The translations under genes and the position numbers were made by a program. A stretch of DNA of 64,000 bases from NCBI GenBank assembly GCA_040757355.1, contig JBFLWY010000012.1, forward strand, positions 204-64,203. The letters run 5' to 3'. This stretch comes from Bacillota bacterium (GTDB taxonomy: Bacteria; Bacillota; Desulfotomaculia; Desulfotomaculales; Ammonificaceae). How positions within the stretch are numbered: position 1 is the stretch's first letter; the number at the start of each line of letters is the position of its first letter. This document shows, one piece after another, positions 35,506 to 44,920 of the stretch. Under the pieces are notes generated by a model. That model was not told the origin of the DNA, ran no database searches, and saw only the letters and a list, made by a program, of their open reading frames with translations.

Positions 35506-36348
35506 CTAACCTTTTAGAAACTCGGCCAACTCCTGATCAGGCATTAAAAAAGCATGTTCCGTGCCCGGAAACTCCTTTTCAATGACTTCTCTTCGAAAAC
35601 TGTCCAGCGCACGCCGGATTTCCTCGACCAGGTTCGCGTAACGTTTTGCGAACTTCGGCGAAAAACCCCCGTAAAGTCCAAGAAGGTCGTGGGTGACCAG
35701 AACCTGCCCGTCACAGTCCACACCGGCCCCGATCCCGATCGTCGGCACCGCCACCGTTTCCGTGATATGCTTGGCCACCTCTGCCGGAACACATTCCAGC
35801 ACAATCGAGAAGGCCCCGGCCTCAGCCAGGGTCACAGCGTCCTGGACGAGACGGCGTGCTGCCTGAGCCTGTCGTCCCTGTACCCGGTAGCCACCCAACT
35901 GGTGCACATACTGGGGAGTAAGGCCGATGTGGCCCATTACCGGGATGCCGCTGGAGACTATTGCTCGCACGGTATCAGCCACCTCCTGCCCGCCCTCGAG
36001 CTTTACCGCCTGGGCGCCCGCCTCTTTCAGAAACAGCCCGGCATTTCGCACGGCTTCCGGGATCGAAACCTGATAGGACAGAAAAGGCATATCCCCAATA
36101 ACCAGGGCCCGGGAAACACCTCTCGCCACCGCCCGGGTATGGTGCAGCATCTCTTCCATCGTAACAGGGAGCGTGGAATCGTAACCCAAGACAACGTTGC
36201 CCAAAGAGTCCCCCACAAGGATGGCGTCTATTCCGGCTTCGTCCACCAAGCGGGCTGTTGGAAAATCGTAGGCCGTGAGCATCGTAATCGGCCGCTTTTC
36301 TTCCTTCCACCGTCGGAAATCTGACGTAGTCACACGTTCTTTCGCCAA
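35506..36348 (-). CDS. panB: 3-methyl-2-oxobutanoate hydroxymethyltransferase
   Basis: ITMLTAYDFPTARL, VGDSLGNV and GIGAG motifs. 280 aa. Confidence 0.95.
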   Translation of the reverse strand: MAKERVTTSDFRRWKEEKRPITMLTAYDFPTARLVDEAGIDAILVGDSLGNVVLGYDSTLPVTMEEMLHHTRAVARGVSRALVIGDMPFLSYQVSIPEAVRNAGLFLKEAGAQAVKLEGGQEVADTVRAIVSSGIPVMGHIGLTPQYVHQLGGYRVQGRQAQAARRLVQDAVTLAEAGAFSIVLECVPAEVAKHITETVAVPTIGIGAGVDCDGQVLVTHDLLGLYGGFSPKFAKRYANLVEEIRRALDSFRREVIEKEFPGTEHAFLMPDQELAEFLKG

Positions 36349-37214
36349 TTTTCACACCCCTCACCGAATATTCTCCCCAACTCCGCCGACACGTCGTCAG
36401 GCAACCCTTTTTCCTGCGCCACCTTGACCGTAAAACAACCCAGCATCCGATACATCTCCCACTCTTCCTTCCCCATTACCTGGGCGTGCCGGCGAATGGT
36501 TTCAACGTCCCCGCGGGCGACCGGTCCAGTCAGCGCAGCAACCGGCCCGACCGCGCCGATATTCTGCAGCGTTCCCTGGATAAGCGGGTAAAATGCCGGA
36601 AAAACGCCCTCGCGGGGTAAACCGGCCTGTTGCGCCAAGGTGTATACGAGCCGCATAAGAGTAACCAGATAGTTTGACGCAACGCAGGCGGCTGCATGGT
36701 AAAGCGGCTTCCCAGCAGCCTCGATTTCAAAAAGGACTCCTTCTAGATCCGCAACCAACCGGCGAGCCAGTGGAAGTGCTTCCGGTTCCCCTTCAAAGGT
36801 GAAGTAGGAGCCGGGCAGGCGTTCCACCGTCAGTTCCGGAGAGGCAAAGGACTGGAGCGGGTGAAGCGAGAAAACTATTGCCCCCGCTTTCCGCGCCGGT
36901 TCAAGCACTGCCGAGGGCAGCGCCCCGCTGGCGTGAGCCGCAAACTGACCCGGGCAAAAACCCCCTTTTCGTGCCACCTCCTCAGCAACAGATCCTATCA
37001 ATCCGTCGGGCGTTGTCAGGAATACAAGTTCACCCTCACGCGCTGCTTCTGCCGCCGTCTGATAAATCTTCGCCCCGGTCTCCTGCGCAAGCTTACCCGC
37101 CGACGACGCGCTGCGGCTCGCCACCGCCGCCACCGGGTACCCTTTTTCCCGCAACCGCATTGCTAGCGCCGTGCCAACTCTCCCTGCCCCGATGATCGCC
37201 ACTTTTGGCCGCAA
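36330..37214 (-). CDS. Rossmann-fold oxidoreductase (DUF2520-type), candidate ketopantoate reductase
   Basis: TTG 37214/37217 follows AAGGGGGTG and gives (M)RPKVAIIGAGRVGTALA, a dinucleotide fold. It is the first gene of the panB operon and overlaps panB by 19 nt. The function is inferred from context only. Confidence 0.65.
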   Translation of the reverse strand: MRPKVAIIGAGRVGTALAMRLREKGYPVAAVASRSASSAGKLAQETGAKIYQTAAEAAREGELVFLTTPDGLIGSVAEEVARKGGFCPGQFAAHASGALPSAVLEPARKAGAIVFSLHPLQSFASPELTVERLPGSYFTFEGEPEALPLARRLVADLEGVLFEIEAAGKPLYHAAACVASNYLVTLMRLVYTLAQQAGLPREGVFPAFYPLIQGTLQNIGAVGPVAALTGPVARGDVETIRRHAQVMGKEEWEMYRMLGCFTVKVAQEKGLPDDVSAELGRIFGEGCENWRKNV

Positions 37215-37227
37215 CAAACCACCCCCT

Positions 37228-37264
37228 TTAAAAAAACAAAAACCCCCGGACTTTATCCGAAAGG
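37228..37264 (-). terminator. leader terminator (attenuator) immediately upstream of the pan operon RBS
   Basis: Minus-strand RNA forms CUUUCGGA-UAAAG-UCCGGGGG (8 bp, three of them G.U) followed by UUUUUGUUUUUUU, then AAAGGGGGUGG and the start codon. Confidence 0.45.
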
Positions 37265-37388
37265 CAAATCGCATTACCCCCCGTCTCGGTCCTTCGCGGC
37301 TCCAAGCGGTATTTCCCAACAAACTCTAAAACCGGGTGAGGCTCCCTCTAAGGATGCCGCCCTTACATAAAATGACTTACAGGTTACA

Positions 37389-37417
37389 TATTAACACATT
37401 AGTACCAGCGTTGTAAA
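37389..37417 (-). promoter_or_regulatory. putative sigma-A promoter of the pan operon
   Basis: The minus strand reads TTTACA (37417-37412), a 17-nt spacer, then TTAATA (37394-37389). It gives a ~165-nt leader. Confidence 0.45.
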
Positions 37418-37695
37418 CCACGAAAAAGTAGCCCTTTGAACGCTGCTCCCGCACTTGGTTCACTGACAACCGTAAGAGTAAGCCCTTCCGGAAAGTCTAT
37501 GGCCGCTGCGGTTACCCCCAAGCCCCTAGCACAGTTGCACATATACGGCAAAAGAGCCACCCGTGCCGCCCGCGGCGGCACCACGAAGCATGAAAATATG
37601 GACCCGTAAGCTGGTCACTTCGATGCAGAAGAGTTGTTCATGACGATGATAATCGTCGCTACCGGAGACAAAAATGATTCAATTTCTTATGCTTT

Positions 37696-37922
37696 GTCTT
37701 TTTATCAACGTAGAACGTAGAACGGACCCCACCCAGCACTCAGTAAGATCTTTGAAGTTTAACCCAGCACTCAATGCAGTCCTTGAGTGATGGGCATTAG
37801 ACTAATGAAGGTCTTTCCTCCGAAGTTCAAAAAGTCCCATTGAGTGCTGGGCACTCAGGCCAATGAAGGTTTCTCCGTTGAAGTGTAAAAGCTGCACTGA
37901 GTGCTGGGCTGTCAGTATAAGG
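37696..37922. repeat. composite family-A element, copy 1 (inverted relative to 59201-59438)
   Basis: It contains five boxes: 37732-37743 and 37763-37774 forward; 37783-37795, 37840-37852 and 37897-37909 reverse. It also has a GTAGAAC heptad tract (37705-37725) and two internal ~57-nt direct units (AATGAAGGT...AAAAG-N5-TGAGTGCTGGGC). By eye it is near-identical to the reverse complement of 59201-59438 apart from a central indel. Confidence 0.9.
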
Positions 37923-37948
37923 TCTAACATTTATTTTCAAGGTTCGCA

Positions 37949-38689
37949 TTAGGGCTTTGTAGTAACTGATATGGTTCTTGTTTCCTCGTCCCAATTTATT
38001 TGACCGCCAATCTCCGCAATGAATGAACGCAATTCGACGAAGGTTCTTCCGCCGGTTATGTGAAAAGGCACGCTGGTTGCCAGCCGGCCGTTGATCACCA
38101 GACAGGGCTCGGCAGGGGGCTGCTCATCTGGGAATTCGATGCCGAAAAAATCGGCCACAGCCTGCGCGACAGCTCTTGCCGCCTTCATTCTAAAGCCAGG
38201 CTGCGCCAGAAGCTCCGCCTCGCGCGGGTTGCTGATAAAGGCCAGTTCAGTAAGCGCCGCCGGCATGGTTGTTTTGCGCAGCACATAATAGTTGGCCGTT
38301 TTTATACCCCGGTCACGCAGCTTGAGGGTCTGAACAAGTCTGGTCTGGATACTTCCGGCTGCTTTGGCCCCTTGAGTGCTTCCTTGAAAATGGTACGTTT
38401 CCGTTCCGTTGGCGCCAGAGTCGACCGCACTGTTACAGTGAATGCTTAAAAAAAGATCGGCCCCCGCCCGGTTGGCTATGTCGGACCGCATAGCCAGGTC
38501 GCGGTTTTTATCTGCCGGCCAGGGTACTTGGTCACTGCTCCGCGTAAATACCACCTCTACCGGTGTGTTCCTGAGAAAAGAAGCCACCCCAAGTGCAACA
38601 GTTAGTGTAACGTCTTTCTCCTTCAGCCCGGTCGGGCCGATCGCCCCTGGGTCATAGCCCCCGTGACCCGGATCCAAACACAAACGCAT
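37949..38689 (-). CDS. N-acetylmuramoyl-L-alanine amidase (Amidase_3) with C-terminal copper-amine-oxidase-N-like domain
   Basis: [23 protein letters not shown] and TELAFISN motifs. The C-terminus is [37 protein letters not shown]. No signal peptide is seen. Confidence 0.85.
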   Translation of the reverse strand: MRLCLDPGHGGYDPGAIGPTGLKEKDVTLTVALGVASFLRNTPVEVVFTRSSDQVPWPADKNRDLAMRSDIANRAGADLFLSIHCNSAVDSGANGTETYHFQGSTQGAKAAGSIQTRLVQTLKLRDRGIKTANYYVLRKTTMPAALTELAFISNPREAELLAQPGFRMKAARAVAQAVADFFGIEFPDEQPPAEPCLVINGRLATSVPFHITGGRTFVELRSFIAEIGGQINWDEETRTISVTTKP

Positions 38690-38836
38690 CTCCGCTATAA
38701 ACCCCCTACCCTTTTCGAAGTCTTCACTCTATTCTATTCAGAATCTCCTGCCGCGTCCATTATTTACCTGGTGGCTAAAAGCAGTATACAGCTCCTTCAA
38801 GGAGGAGCCTGCCAAGTCCCGGGATTCTTGGTTAAG

Positions 38837-38865
38837 TTACAGTAAAAATTGCCGATTTATAGAAT
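38837..38865 (+). promoter_or_regulatory. putative sigma-A promoter of the chemoreceptor gene
   Basis: TTACAG (38837-38842), a 17-nt spacer, then TAGAAT (38860-38865), 60 nt upstream of ATG 38925. Confidence 0.45.
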
Positions 38866-38924
38866 TAAGGTTTCAGAAACGCTACAGGCTGGCCCGTTTT
38901 CCTTTCACATCCAGGAGTGATTGT

Positions 38925-40505
38925 ATGGCAACCGGCACCATTTCAGTTAAATTTAAAATAATGACCGCCGTACTTTTGTGTTTCATTCTCTTTATTGGAA
39001 TTCTCTTGTGGGTCACCAACCGCGTTATCATCAAAGGAGCCGAAGATGCGGCCGTATTAAAAGCGAAAGGAGACCTGGCCACAGGTGAAATGATTATTGA
39101 TATGATGTATCCCGGCCCCTGGCGTAGGGAAGGCGATAAGTTATATAAGGGCGATGTACTTATAAATGATAACTATAAGCCCGTCGATCTTATCGCGGAG
39201 CTTACCGGGGATACCGCAACCATCTTTTGCTGGGATACCCGTGTCGCAACCACCGTTAAAAAGAAGGAAGACAATAGCAGGGCGGTGGGTACCACCGTCT
39301 CCCCGGAAGTAGCCCAGGCTGTACTTAAAGAAGGGAAACACTTTTATGGTGAAGCCAACGTTGTGGGGTATATGTACCAAACCGCTTACAAACCTATCAG
39401 GGACGCAAACGGAAATATCATTGGTATCTGGTATGTTGGTGCACCAAAGGCTTTTGTTGACCAAATGATCACGAACTCCTTCTGGAAGGTAGCGTTAACC
39501 GGTGCTGTATCCCTGATAGTCGTTTTTACTGTGCTATGGGTTTTGTTTAACCGGGCTCTGATTAGACCACTTTATTTGTTTAATGAGGTCACACAAAAAA
39601 TGGCAACGGGGAACTTAATGCACCGGTTGAATATCTATACTGATGACGAGTTCGGCGAACTCGGTAAATCTTTTAACATTATGCTTAACAACCTGAAAGA
39701 CCTCACCCGGGAACTGCGCGAAAAAGCCAAAGCAATGACAGAAGCCGCCCATCTCCTGTCAGGCAATGCATCACAAACTTCAGCGAATGCGAGCGAAGCC
39801 GCTTCGACCATGAACCAGGTAGCGGGTACCATGACCCATGTAATGGAGAGCACGCAAAAAATCTCGGAGGCATCCCGGAAGGCGTCGTTATATGCCAAGA
39901 GTGGGCGTGAAGGTATTCATAAGATCAAAAACCAAATGAATGTAATCAATAATTCTACTTCGAGTGCCTCGGAAGTGATCGGCACCTTAAAAAAGACTTC
40001 AGGACAAATTACACAAATCGTCGATCTAATCACCCACATCGCTGATCAGACCAATCTCCTGGCGCTAAACGCAGCGATTGAGGCTGCAAGGGCTGGAGAA
40101 CACGGCCGGGGATTTGCCGTCGTCGCGGAAGAGGTCCGCAAACTTGCCGAGCAGTCTGCAAACGCTGCCAAAGAAATACAAGAGTTGATTGTCAATGTAC
40201 AGATGGAATCCGGTAAAGCCGTAGAAAAGATGAACGAAGGCGTGGCCGAGGTCCAAAACGGCTTAGAGGTCGTTGTTGAGGTCGGTGACTCATTCACCAA
40301 TATCATCAATACTGTTGAGGGGTTAGCCGAACAGATCCAAGGGGTCGTTTCATCCATTAAACAGGTATCCACCGCGATACAAAACGTGGCAGCTACAAGC
40401 CAGGAGCAAACGGCGGCTATGGAGGAAATTGCTGCTGCCACTGAGGCTCTTACCTCAATGGCTGATGAACTTGACGCTATGGCAAGAAAGTTCAAAACAG
40501 AGTAA
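38925..40505 (+). CDS. methyl-accepting chemotaxis protein with single-Cache extracellular sensor and HAMP domain
   Basis: Domain order is TM, a ~170-aa periplasmic Cache-like domain ([17 protein letters not shown]...[26 protein letters not shown]), a second TM and HAMP. The signalling hairpin carries [34 protein letters not shown]. Confidence 0.92.
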   Translation: MATGTISVKFKIMTAVLLCFILFIGILLWVTNRVIIKGAEDAAVLKAKGDLATGEMIIDMMYPGPWRREGDKLYKGDVLINDNYKPVDLIAELTGDTATIFCWDTRVATTVKKKEDNSRAVGTTVSPEVAQAVLKEGKHFYGEANVVGYMYQTAYKPIRDANGNIIGIWYVGAPKAFVDQMITNSFWKVALTGAVSLIVVFTVLWVLFNRALIRPLYLFNEVTQKMATGNLMHRLNIYTDDEFGELGKSFNIMLNNLKDLTRELREKAKAMTEAAHLLSGNASQTSANASEAASTMNQVAGTMTHVMESTQKISEASRKASLYAKSGREGIHKIKNQMNVINNSTSSASEVIGTLKKTSGQITQIVDLITHIADQTNLLALNAAIEAARAGEHGRGFAVVAEEVRKLAEQSANAAKEIQELIVNVQMESGKAVEKMNEGVAEVQNGLEVVVEVGDSFTNIINTVEGLAEQIQGVVSSIKQVSTAIQNVAATSQEQTAAMEEIAAATEALTSMADELDAMARKFKTE

Positions 40506-40878
40506 GAATTTACCTGCCATCGATAACAAACAACCGTGCCGGGAGTTGTTGAGTTTCGGGCATCGTTCTTTTGGTCAACACTGTAAGGCTTCAACGCGAT
40601 CGAAATGTGATTAGTCCTGTATACCCGCACCATGTCATGCTAAAATGGCTTTATCTGCCGCATTTCAAGTCAACGACGAGCGTATTTTCATGCCGGAGTA
40701 TCCTCACCCTATCATGGAATTACTAGCTTTCGGTTTGCTGCGAACCTTTCCTTCCCACGATTTTCCGCAAGCCTATAACGAAGCACTTTATGACCGGACG
40801 GAATAGACTGTAATCACCCAACACTCAGAGGTGCTTTGGCGCATTGTCCTGGTATAATTAGGATTTTCGGAGGGGAAA

Positions 40879-41766
40879 ATGTGCATGCTCTATTTTGTTA
40901 AGTCCGGTGATACTCTGTTTGAGATTTCAAGGCGGTTCGGTACGACGGTACAGGCGATACTGGCAGCCAACGTGATCTGTAACCCGGACCTGATTTTCGT
41001 AGGCCAGCCCTTGATCATTCCCGGGCCGGAGTTAGAACTGCCGCAGGCCGGAGGAGGGCCCTATTACGTGGTACTGCCCGGAGATACGCTGTGGTGTCTT
41101 GCCAGAGAGTTTAATACGACTATCAGCGTATTGGCAGCCATCAACCAGATACCAAACCCTAATTTGATTTTCGCTGGTGCTGAACTCCTGATCGGTCCGG
41201 AAGTGCCGGACCCCGTTACTCTTAAAGAAACCTGGGAGCGCACGGCGGAGCAATTCTGCGACGTTATGAGTTCGCTCCAAATACACGGTATTTATTATCT
41301 CGGTTCTTTCCAATGGGAGGCACTCGGCAGGATGGCCATTCCCTACCTGCAGCAATTATTAACCAACCCTTGTGACGTGGTGCGCATCTATACGTTAATA
41401 AGTTTCGGCCGCCTCGGCCTTGACCAACAGGTCCAGCAGGCGTTGAGGGAGGTGCTGAACGACCCGGCCGTTGCGGACCTGGCCAGATTCGCTTTGCGGC
41501 GAATCGAACTCGTTCAACAAGGACGGGAAAGAATGCATATTTTAATTAGCAATGATACGCTTCTTGCAGAACCGAACCTCCAATCCCCAGGAAAGCCTCT
41601 CCCTGCGGGTACCGAAGTGATCGCGTTACGGTGGCACATTCCCAGCCCAACCGGAGAAGAGGGCCCTCGCGGAGACATTCAGGTCTACGACTATGTACAG
41701 GTAGCTGCAACCGGACAGAAAGGGTTTTTAGCCCGGGTAGGCTTCAACGAAATCCTCCTGATTTGA
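40879..41766 (+). CDS. LysM x2 peptidoglycan-binding protein with HEAT-like and SH3-like C-terminal regions
   Basis: Two LysM repeats are present (YFVKSGDTLFEISRRFGTTVQAILAAN; YVVLPGDTLWCLAREFNTTISVLAAIN). They are followed by a helical repeat (VVRIYTLISFGRLG...ALREVLNDP) and a beta-rich tail. An extended -10 TGGTATAAT lies at 40849-40857. ATG 40885 is an alternative start. Confidence 0.75.
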   Translation: MCMLYFVKSGDTLFEISRRFGTTVQAILAANVICNPDLIFVGQPLIIPGPELELPQAGGGPYYVVLPGDTLWCLAREFNTTISVLAAINQIPNPNLIFAGAELLIGPEVPDPVTLKETWERTAEQFCDVMSSLQIHGIYYLGSFQWEALGRMAIPYLQQLLTNPCDVVRIYTLISFGRLGLDQQVQQALREVLNDPAVADLARFALRRIELVQQGRERMHILISNDTLLAEPNLQSPGKPLPAGTEVIALRWHIPSPTGEEGPRGDIQVYDYVQVAATGQKGFLARVGFNEILLI

Positions 41767-41767
41767 A

Positions 41768-42979
41768 CTATTTGACCGGTGCGGCTTGGCCCGAACGGGA
41801 GGATATATTTGCCGGCGGTGATTTCGGCAGCCAAAGCATTGTTAACGTCGCAGCCGTCCACAAGGTGCAGGTTACCAGAAATGTGGCCGGCAGGCCGCAA
41901 TAGTCGCCGGTAAAACCGAGGACAATCGGTGCCACAACCAGGCCCAGGTCGCCGAAGGAGCGGTAAAACCCCATGGCGGTTCCGCGAAGTTCGTCCGGGA
42001 CCAAGTCGCCCACGAGCGCGGCCGGAATAGTGGAGACAAAACCGCCGCCGATGCCCAGCAGTGCCGAGGCAATAATAATAAGCGGCACGGTATTGGCCCA
42101 TTGGAAAAGGAAAAAACCGCCGGCTGCGACCACCGCCCCCGGGAGCATAACATTACGCCTGCCGAACCTGTCGGCGAGTAAACCGGAGGGGAAAAAGAAA
42201 AGCATGGTAAGACCGCCTAGCGTCATAAATATCAGGCCTGTCACGCGACTGTCCAGGCCCAGTTCTTCAATCATCACTGGTAGAATCGTCCACACCAGGC
42301 CGTGAAAACCGAAGCGAAACGCAAAATTTACGAAATAGACGATGCCGAGGTTCCGCGTAAGGACATGCTTCCATCGCTCACGCAGATTGTCCGCCTTTTG
42401 CAAACCTGCTTTGGAATGCGCGGGGCGGGTTTCCCGCGTGAGGACAAGTGAAGCCCCGGCAGCAATCGCTGCCAGGACGCCGAACAGTAAAAAAGGAGCG
42501 TTGATTCCGTGGCTGTAGGCAAGCCAGCCGCCTATTCCCGGCCCGAAGAGAGCACCCAGATGGTAGCCCATCATATAAAGACCGGTTGCTTTCCCCCTGC
42601 TTGTTTCATCAGCCATATCGATAATCATGCTCAGCGCAGCGGTTGCATAAAGCGCGGCACCTATGCCTACGAGTGCCTGTCCTAAAAAGAGCATCCCGAT
42701 TCCTGCAGCAGACCAGGACACCAGCGCCCCAACAGCGGTAATTGACATACCGACCGGAATAAAAGGCTTGCGGCCCCACCGGTCCGTAAGCACCCCGGCG
42801 GGAAAGCCTACGACCATCCGCATACTGCTGTTCATTGCCAGTACAAACCCTACCACAGTAAGGGAAACACCAAAGTTGTGGGCGTAGTTAGGCAGGATGG
42901 GACTGATAGCACTCGACCCTGTCATTACAACAAACATGATTGCAGAGAGAGTCAGCACGGGGACGATGATCCGTTTCAC
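41768..42979 (-). CDS. MFS transporter
   Basis: 403 aa with ~12 TM segments and the MFS loop motif GVLTDRWGRKP between TM2 and TM3 (LADRFGRRN in the second half). Confidence 0.9.
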   Translation of the reverse strand: MKRIIVPVLTLSAIMFVVMTGSSAISPILPNYAHNFGVSLTVVGFVLAMNSSMRMVVGFPAGVLTDRWGRKPFIPVGMSITAVGALVSWSAAGIGMLFLGQALVGIGAALYATAALSMIIDMADETSRGKATGLYMMGYHLGALFGPGIGGWLAYSHGINAPFLLFGVLAAIAAGASLVLTRETRPAHSKAGLQKADNLRERWKHVLTRNLGIVYFVNFAFRFGFHGLVWTILPVMIEELGLDSRVTGLIFMTLGGLTMLFFFPSGLLADRFGRRNVMLPGAVVAAGGFFLFQWANTVPLIIIASALLGIGGGFVSTIPAALVGDLVPDELRGTAMGFYRSFGDLGLVVAPIVLGFTGDYCGLPATFLVTCTLWTAATLTMLWLPKSPPANISSRSGQAAPVK

Positions 42980-43204
42980 ACGGCCGCTCCTTCCTTCTTT
43001 CGGGGCGGTTACGGGTTATATTGGTTTCACAGAGCCCGCTAACCCGCATTCAAAAAAACGCAAATTCCTATACGCTTAATTAAGCCTTAAATTCGCCAAT
43101 CTTGGCCGGTTTCCTCCCGTTCCCCTTCCATCCCGAATCAAGTGTTGAGTTTGTGTTCTTGTAAGCCGGAAGGATTCACCGAATGATAAGTCTTTCACCA
43201 AACG

Positions 43205-43231
43205 GAAAAAAGAGGGCGCTTTAAGCCCTCT
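43205..43231 (-). terminator. rho-independent terminator of surE (the stem includes the stop codon)
   Basis: Minus-strand RNA forms AGAGGGC-UUAAAGC-GCCCUCU followed by UUUUUU. Confidence 0.7.
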
Positions 43232-44039
43232 CCCGCAGGTCCTTACCCGAAGGCGGTCCCTTTTCCCGGAGCAGTTCTTGCCGCGACCAGGGCAGGGACC
43301 ACTCCTTCAGTTTTTCCATAAATAAATAATCGGTTAGATCAATATGGACCGGGGTAATCGAAATGTAGCCCTCCTTCACGGCCGTCACGTCTGTGTCAGA
43401 TTCGTTCCCCTTCATGTCCAGGGGCTCGCCCGCCATCCAAAAGTAAACCCGCCCCCGCGGGTCGGTCCGGCGGTCAATGACGTTGACGTAACGGATGTTT
43501 CCGAGTTTGGTCACCTTGACACCGCGCGGGATACCAGGCGGTACGTTGATATTCAGAAGCGTCCCCGTAGGCATAATCCGCCGGGTGAATTCGGGCAGAA
43601 AACCCTTGATAAAGTCAACCGCCCTGGAGAAATCCGGTTCGTCATGAGTGGCAAGCGAAACGGCAACGGAAGGCACACCGTTTATAATGCCCTCAATGGC
43701 CGCAGAAACGGTACCGGAATAGAGGACATCGGTCCCGATATTCGGACCCAGATTGATTCCGGCAATTAGAAAATCCGGCTTTTCGGGCAAGAGCGCCTCA
43801 AGCCCCAGTTTAACGCAGTCCGCGGGCGTGCCGTCCACCACCCACCCCCGGACCCGCTGACTCCTGAAACCCGCTTCACGAACCCTCAGCGGCCGGTGCA
43901 CAGTGATTGAATGACCGGTAGCGCTTCTTTCCCTATCAGGCGCAATCACATAAAGCTCCGCAAATCCTTCGAGGGCCTTCCTCAAAACGCTGAGACCTTC
44001 AGCAAAAATTCCATCATCGTTGGTCAGAAGTATTCGCAA
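43221..44039 (-). CDS. surE: 5'/3'-nucleotidase SurE
   Basis: MRILLTNDDGI..., GINLGPN and SGTVSAA motifs. 272 aa. Confidence 0.95.
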   Translation of the reverse strand: MRILLTNDDGIFAEGLSVLRKALEGFAELYVIAPDRERSATGHSITVHRPLRVREAGFRSQRVRGWVVDGTPADCVKLGLEALLPEKPDFLIAGINLGPNIGTDVLYSGTVSAAIEGIINGVPSVAVSLATHDEPDFSRAVDFIKGFLPEFTRRIMPTGTLLNINVPPGIPRGVKVTKLGNIRYVNVIDRRTDPRGRVYFWMAGEPLDMKGNESDTDVTAVKEGYISITPVHIDLTDYLFMEKLKEWSLPWSRQELLREKGPPSGKDLRERA

Positions 44040-44064
44040 AAATATCCCTCTCTCTGCAGCCCGC

Positions 44065-44247
44065 TTACACCTCGTAAATAGATATGGTCATTTCGCCTTT
44101 TGCACTGTCTTTAGTAAGTCCGAAAAGGACTTTCTTGTGCTTGAGCATCTTATTCAAAAAATCGACTACGCGATAAAGCTCCTCGCTTTCACGAAACGAA
44201 CGCGTACCGATTAACGTCAGTTTTGGGGGCTCTTGAGACTTCAACAT
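44065..44247 (-). CDS. small conserved protein, YpmA/DUF4264-like
   Basis: 60 aa with RBS AAGGTGAGGA. EELYRVVDFLNKMLKHKKVLFGLTKD...MTISIYEV resembles Bacillus YpmA as I recall it. This is unverified. Confidence 0.5.
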   Translation of the reverse strand: MLKSQEPPKLTLIGTRSFRESEELYRVVDFLNKMLKHKKVLFGLTKDSAKGEMTISIYEV

Positions 44248-44273
44248 TCCTCACCTTTCAGCCGTTATTGCGC

Positions 44274-44849
44274 TTATAATTGTGGTTCGCGACCCCTAAT
44301 CAGGGAGAATGCTTCCGCTCGCGTGGCAGGGTTTTGCTTGAATATACCGCGAACCGCAGAGGTGACCGTTTGCGCGCCGGGCTTCTTAACCCCGCGCATC
44401 GTCATGCACATGTGCTCTGCTTCCACGACCACCAGAACCCCTCGCGGATGAAGCCTTTCCATTATAGCATCCGCTATTTGACTGGTCAATCGCTCCTGCA
44501 GTTGCGGCCGCCGTGCATAACCTTCCACTACTCTCGCCAGTTTACTCAACCCGGTAATGTTGCCCGCCCGCGGAATGTAAGCCACGTGTGCCACGCCGAA
44601 AAAGGGTAACAGGTGGTGCTCGCAAACAGAATATACCGGTATGTCCCGGACCAAAACCATTTCCTCGTGGTCCTCGGCAAAATATTTTTCCAGATGCACG
44701 GCCGGATCTTCTTCAAGACCGGCAAATATCTCCGCATACATCCGGCCGACCCGAAGCGGAGTATCTTTCAAACCTTCCCGTTCCGGATCCTCACCGATTG
44801 CCTCTAGAATCGCTCGTACCGCGAGTTCAATTTTTTTCTGATCAAACAC
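44274..44849 (-). CDS. folE: GTP cyclohydrolase I
   Basis: GTG 44849 follows AAGGGGGA and gives 191 aa. Motifs are [12 protein letters not shown] and [13 protein letters not shown]. The ORF-track extension to 45041 overlaps queE in another frame. Confidence 0.92.
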   Translation of the reverse strand: MFDQKKIELAVRAILEAIGEDPEREGLKDTPLRVGRMYAEIFAGLEEDPAVHLEKYFAEDHEEMVLVRDIPVYSVCEHHLLPFFGVAHVAYIPRAGNITGLSKLARVVEGYARRPQLQERLTSQIADAIMERLHPRGVLVVVEAEHMCMTMRGVKKPGAQTVTSAVRGIFKQNPATRAEAFSLIRGREPQL

Positions 44850-44920
44850 CTCTACTTCCCCCTTACTCAACCCTCTAGCACGAGTTGCCGACAGTGATGC
44901 ATGTGTTGGTGCTATCTCTC

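Noticed and set aside
37399-37584. Small ORFs inside repeat-rich spacers (37399-37584, 932-1171, 49935-50138, 59351-59551, 46246-46482)
   Set aside because: They lack RBSs, have odd composition, and overlap repeat elements, leader RNA or the 3' end of queC in another frame.
40506-40580. Rho-independent terminator after the chemoreceptor gene
   Set aside because: CAACAAC/GTTGTTG and GUGCC/GGCAU pairings exist near a UCUUUU run, but the loops are large and the geometry is poor. It is not strong enough to report as a feature.
40645-40806. 53-codon plus-strand ORF (MALSAAFQVNDERIF...) in the MCP-LysM spacer
   Set aside because: It has no Shine-Dalgarno sequence, no recognisable family, and is below the ORF-track threshold. 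It cannot be supported from sequence alone.
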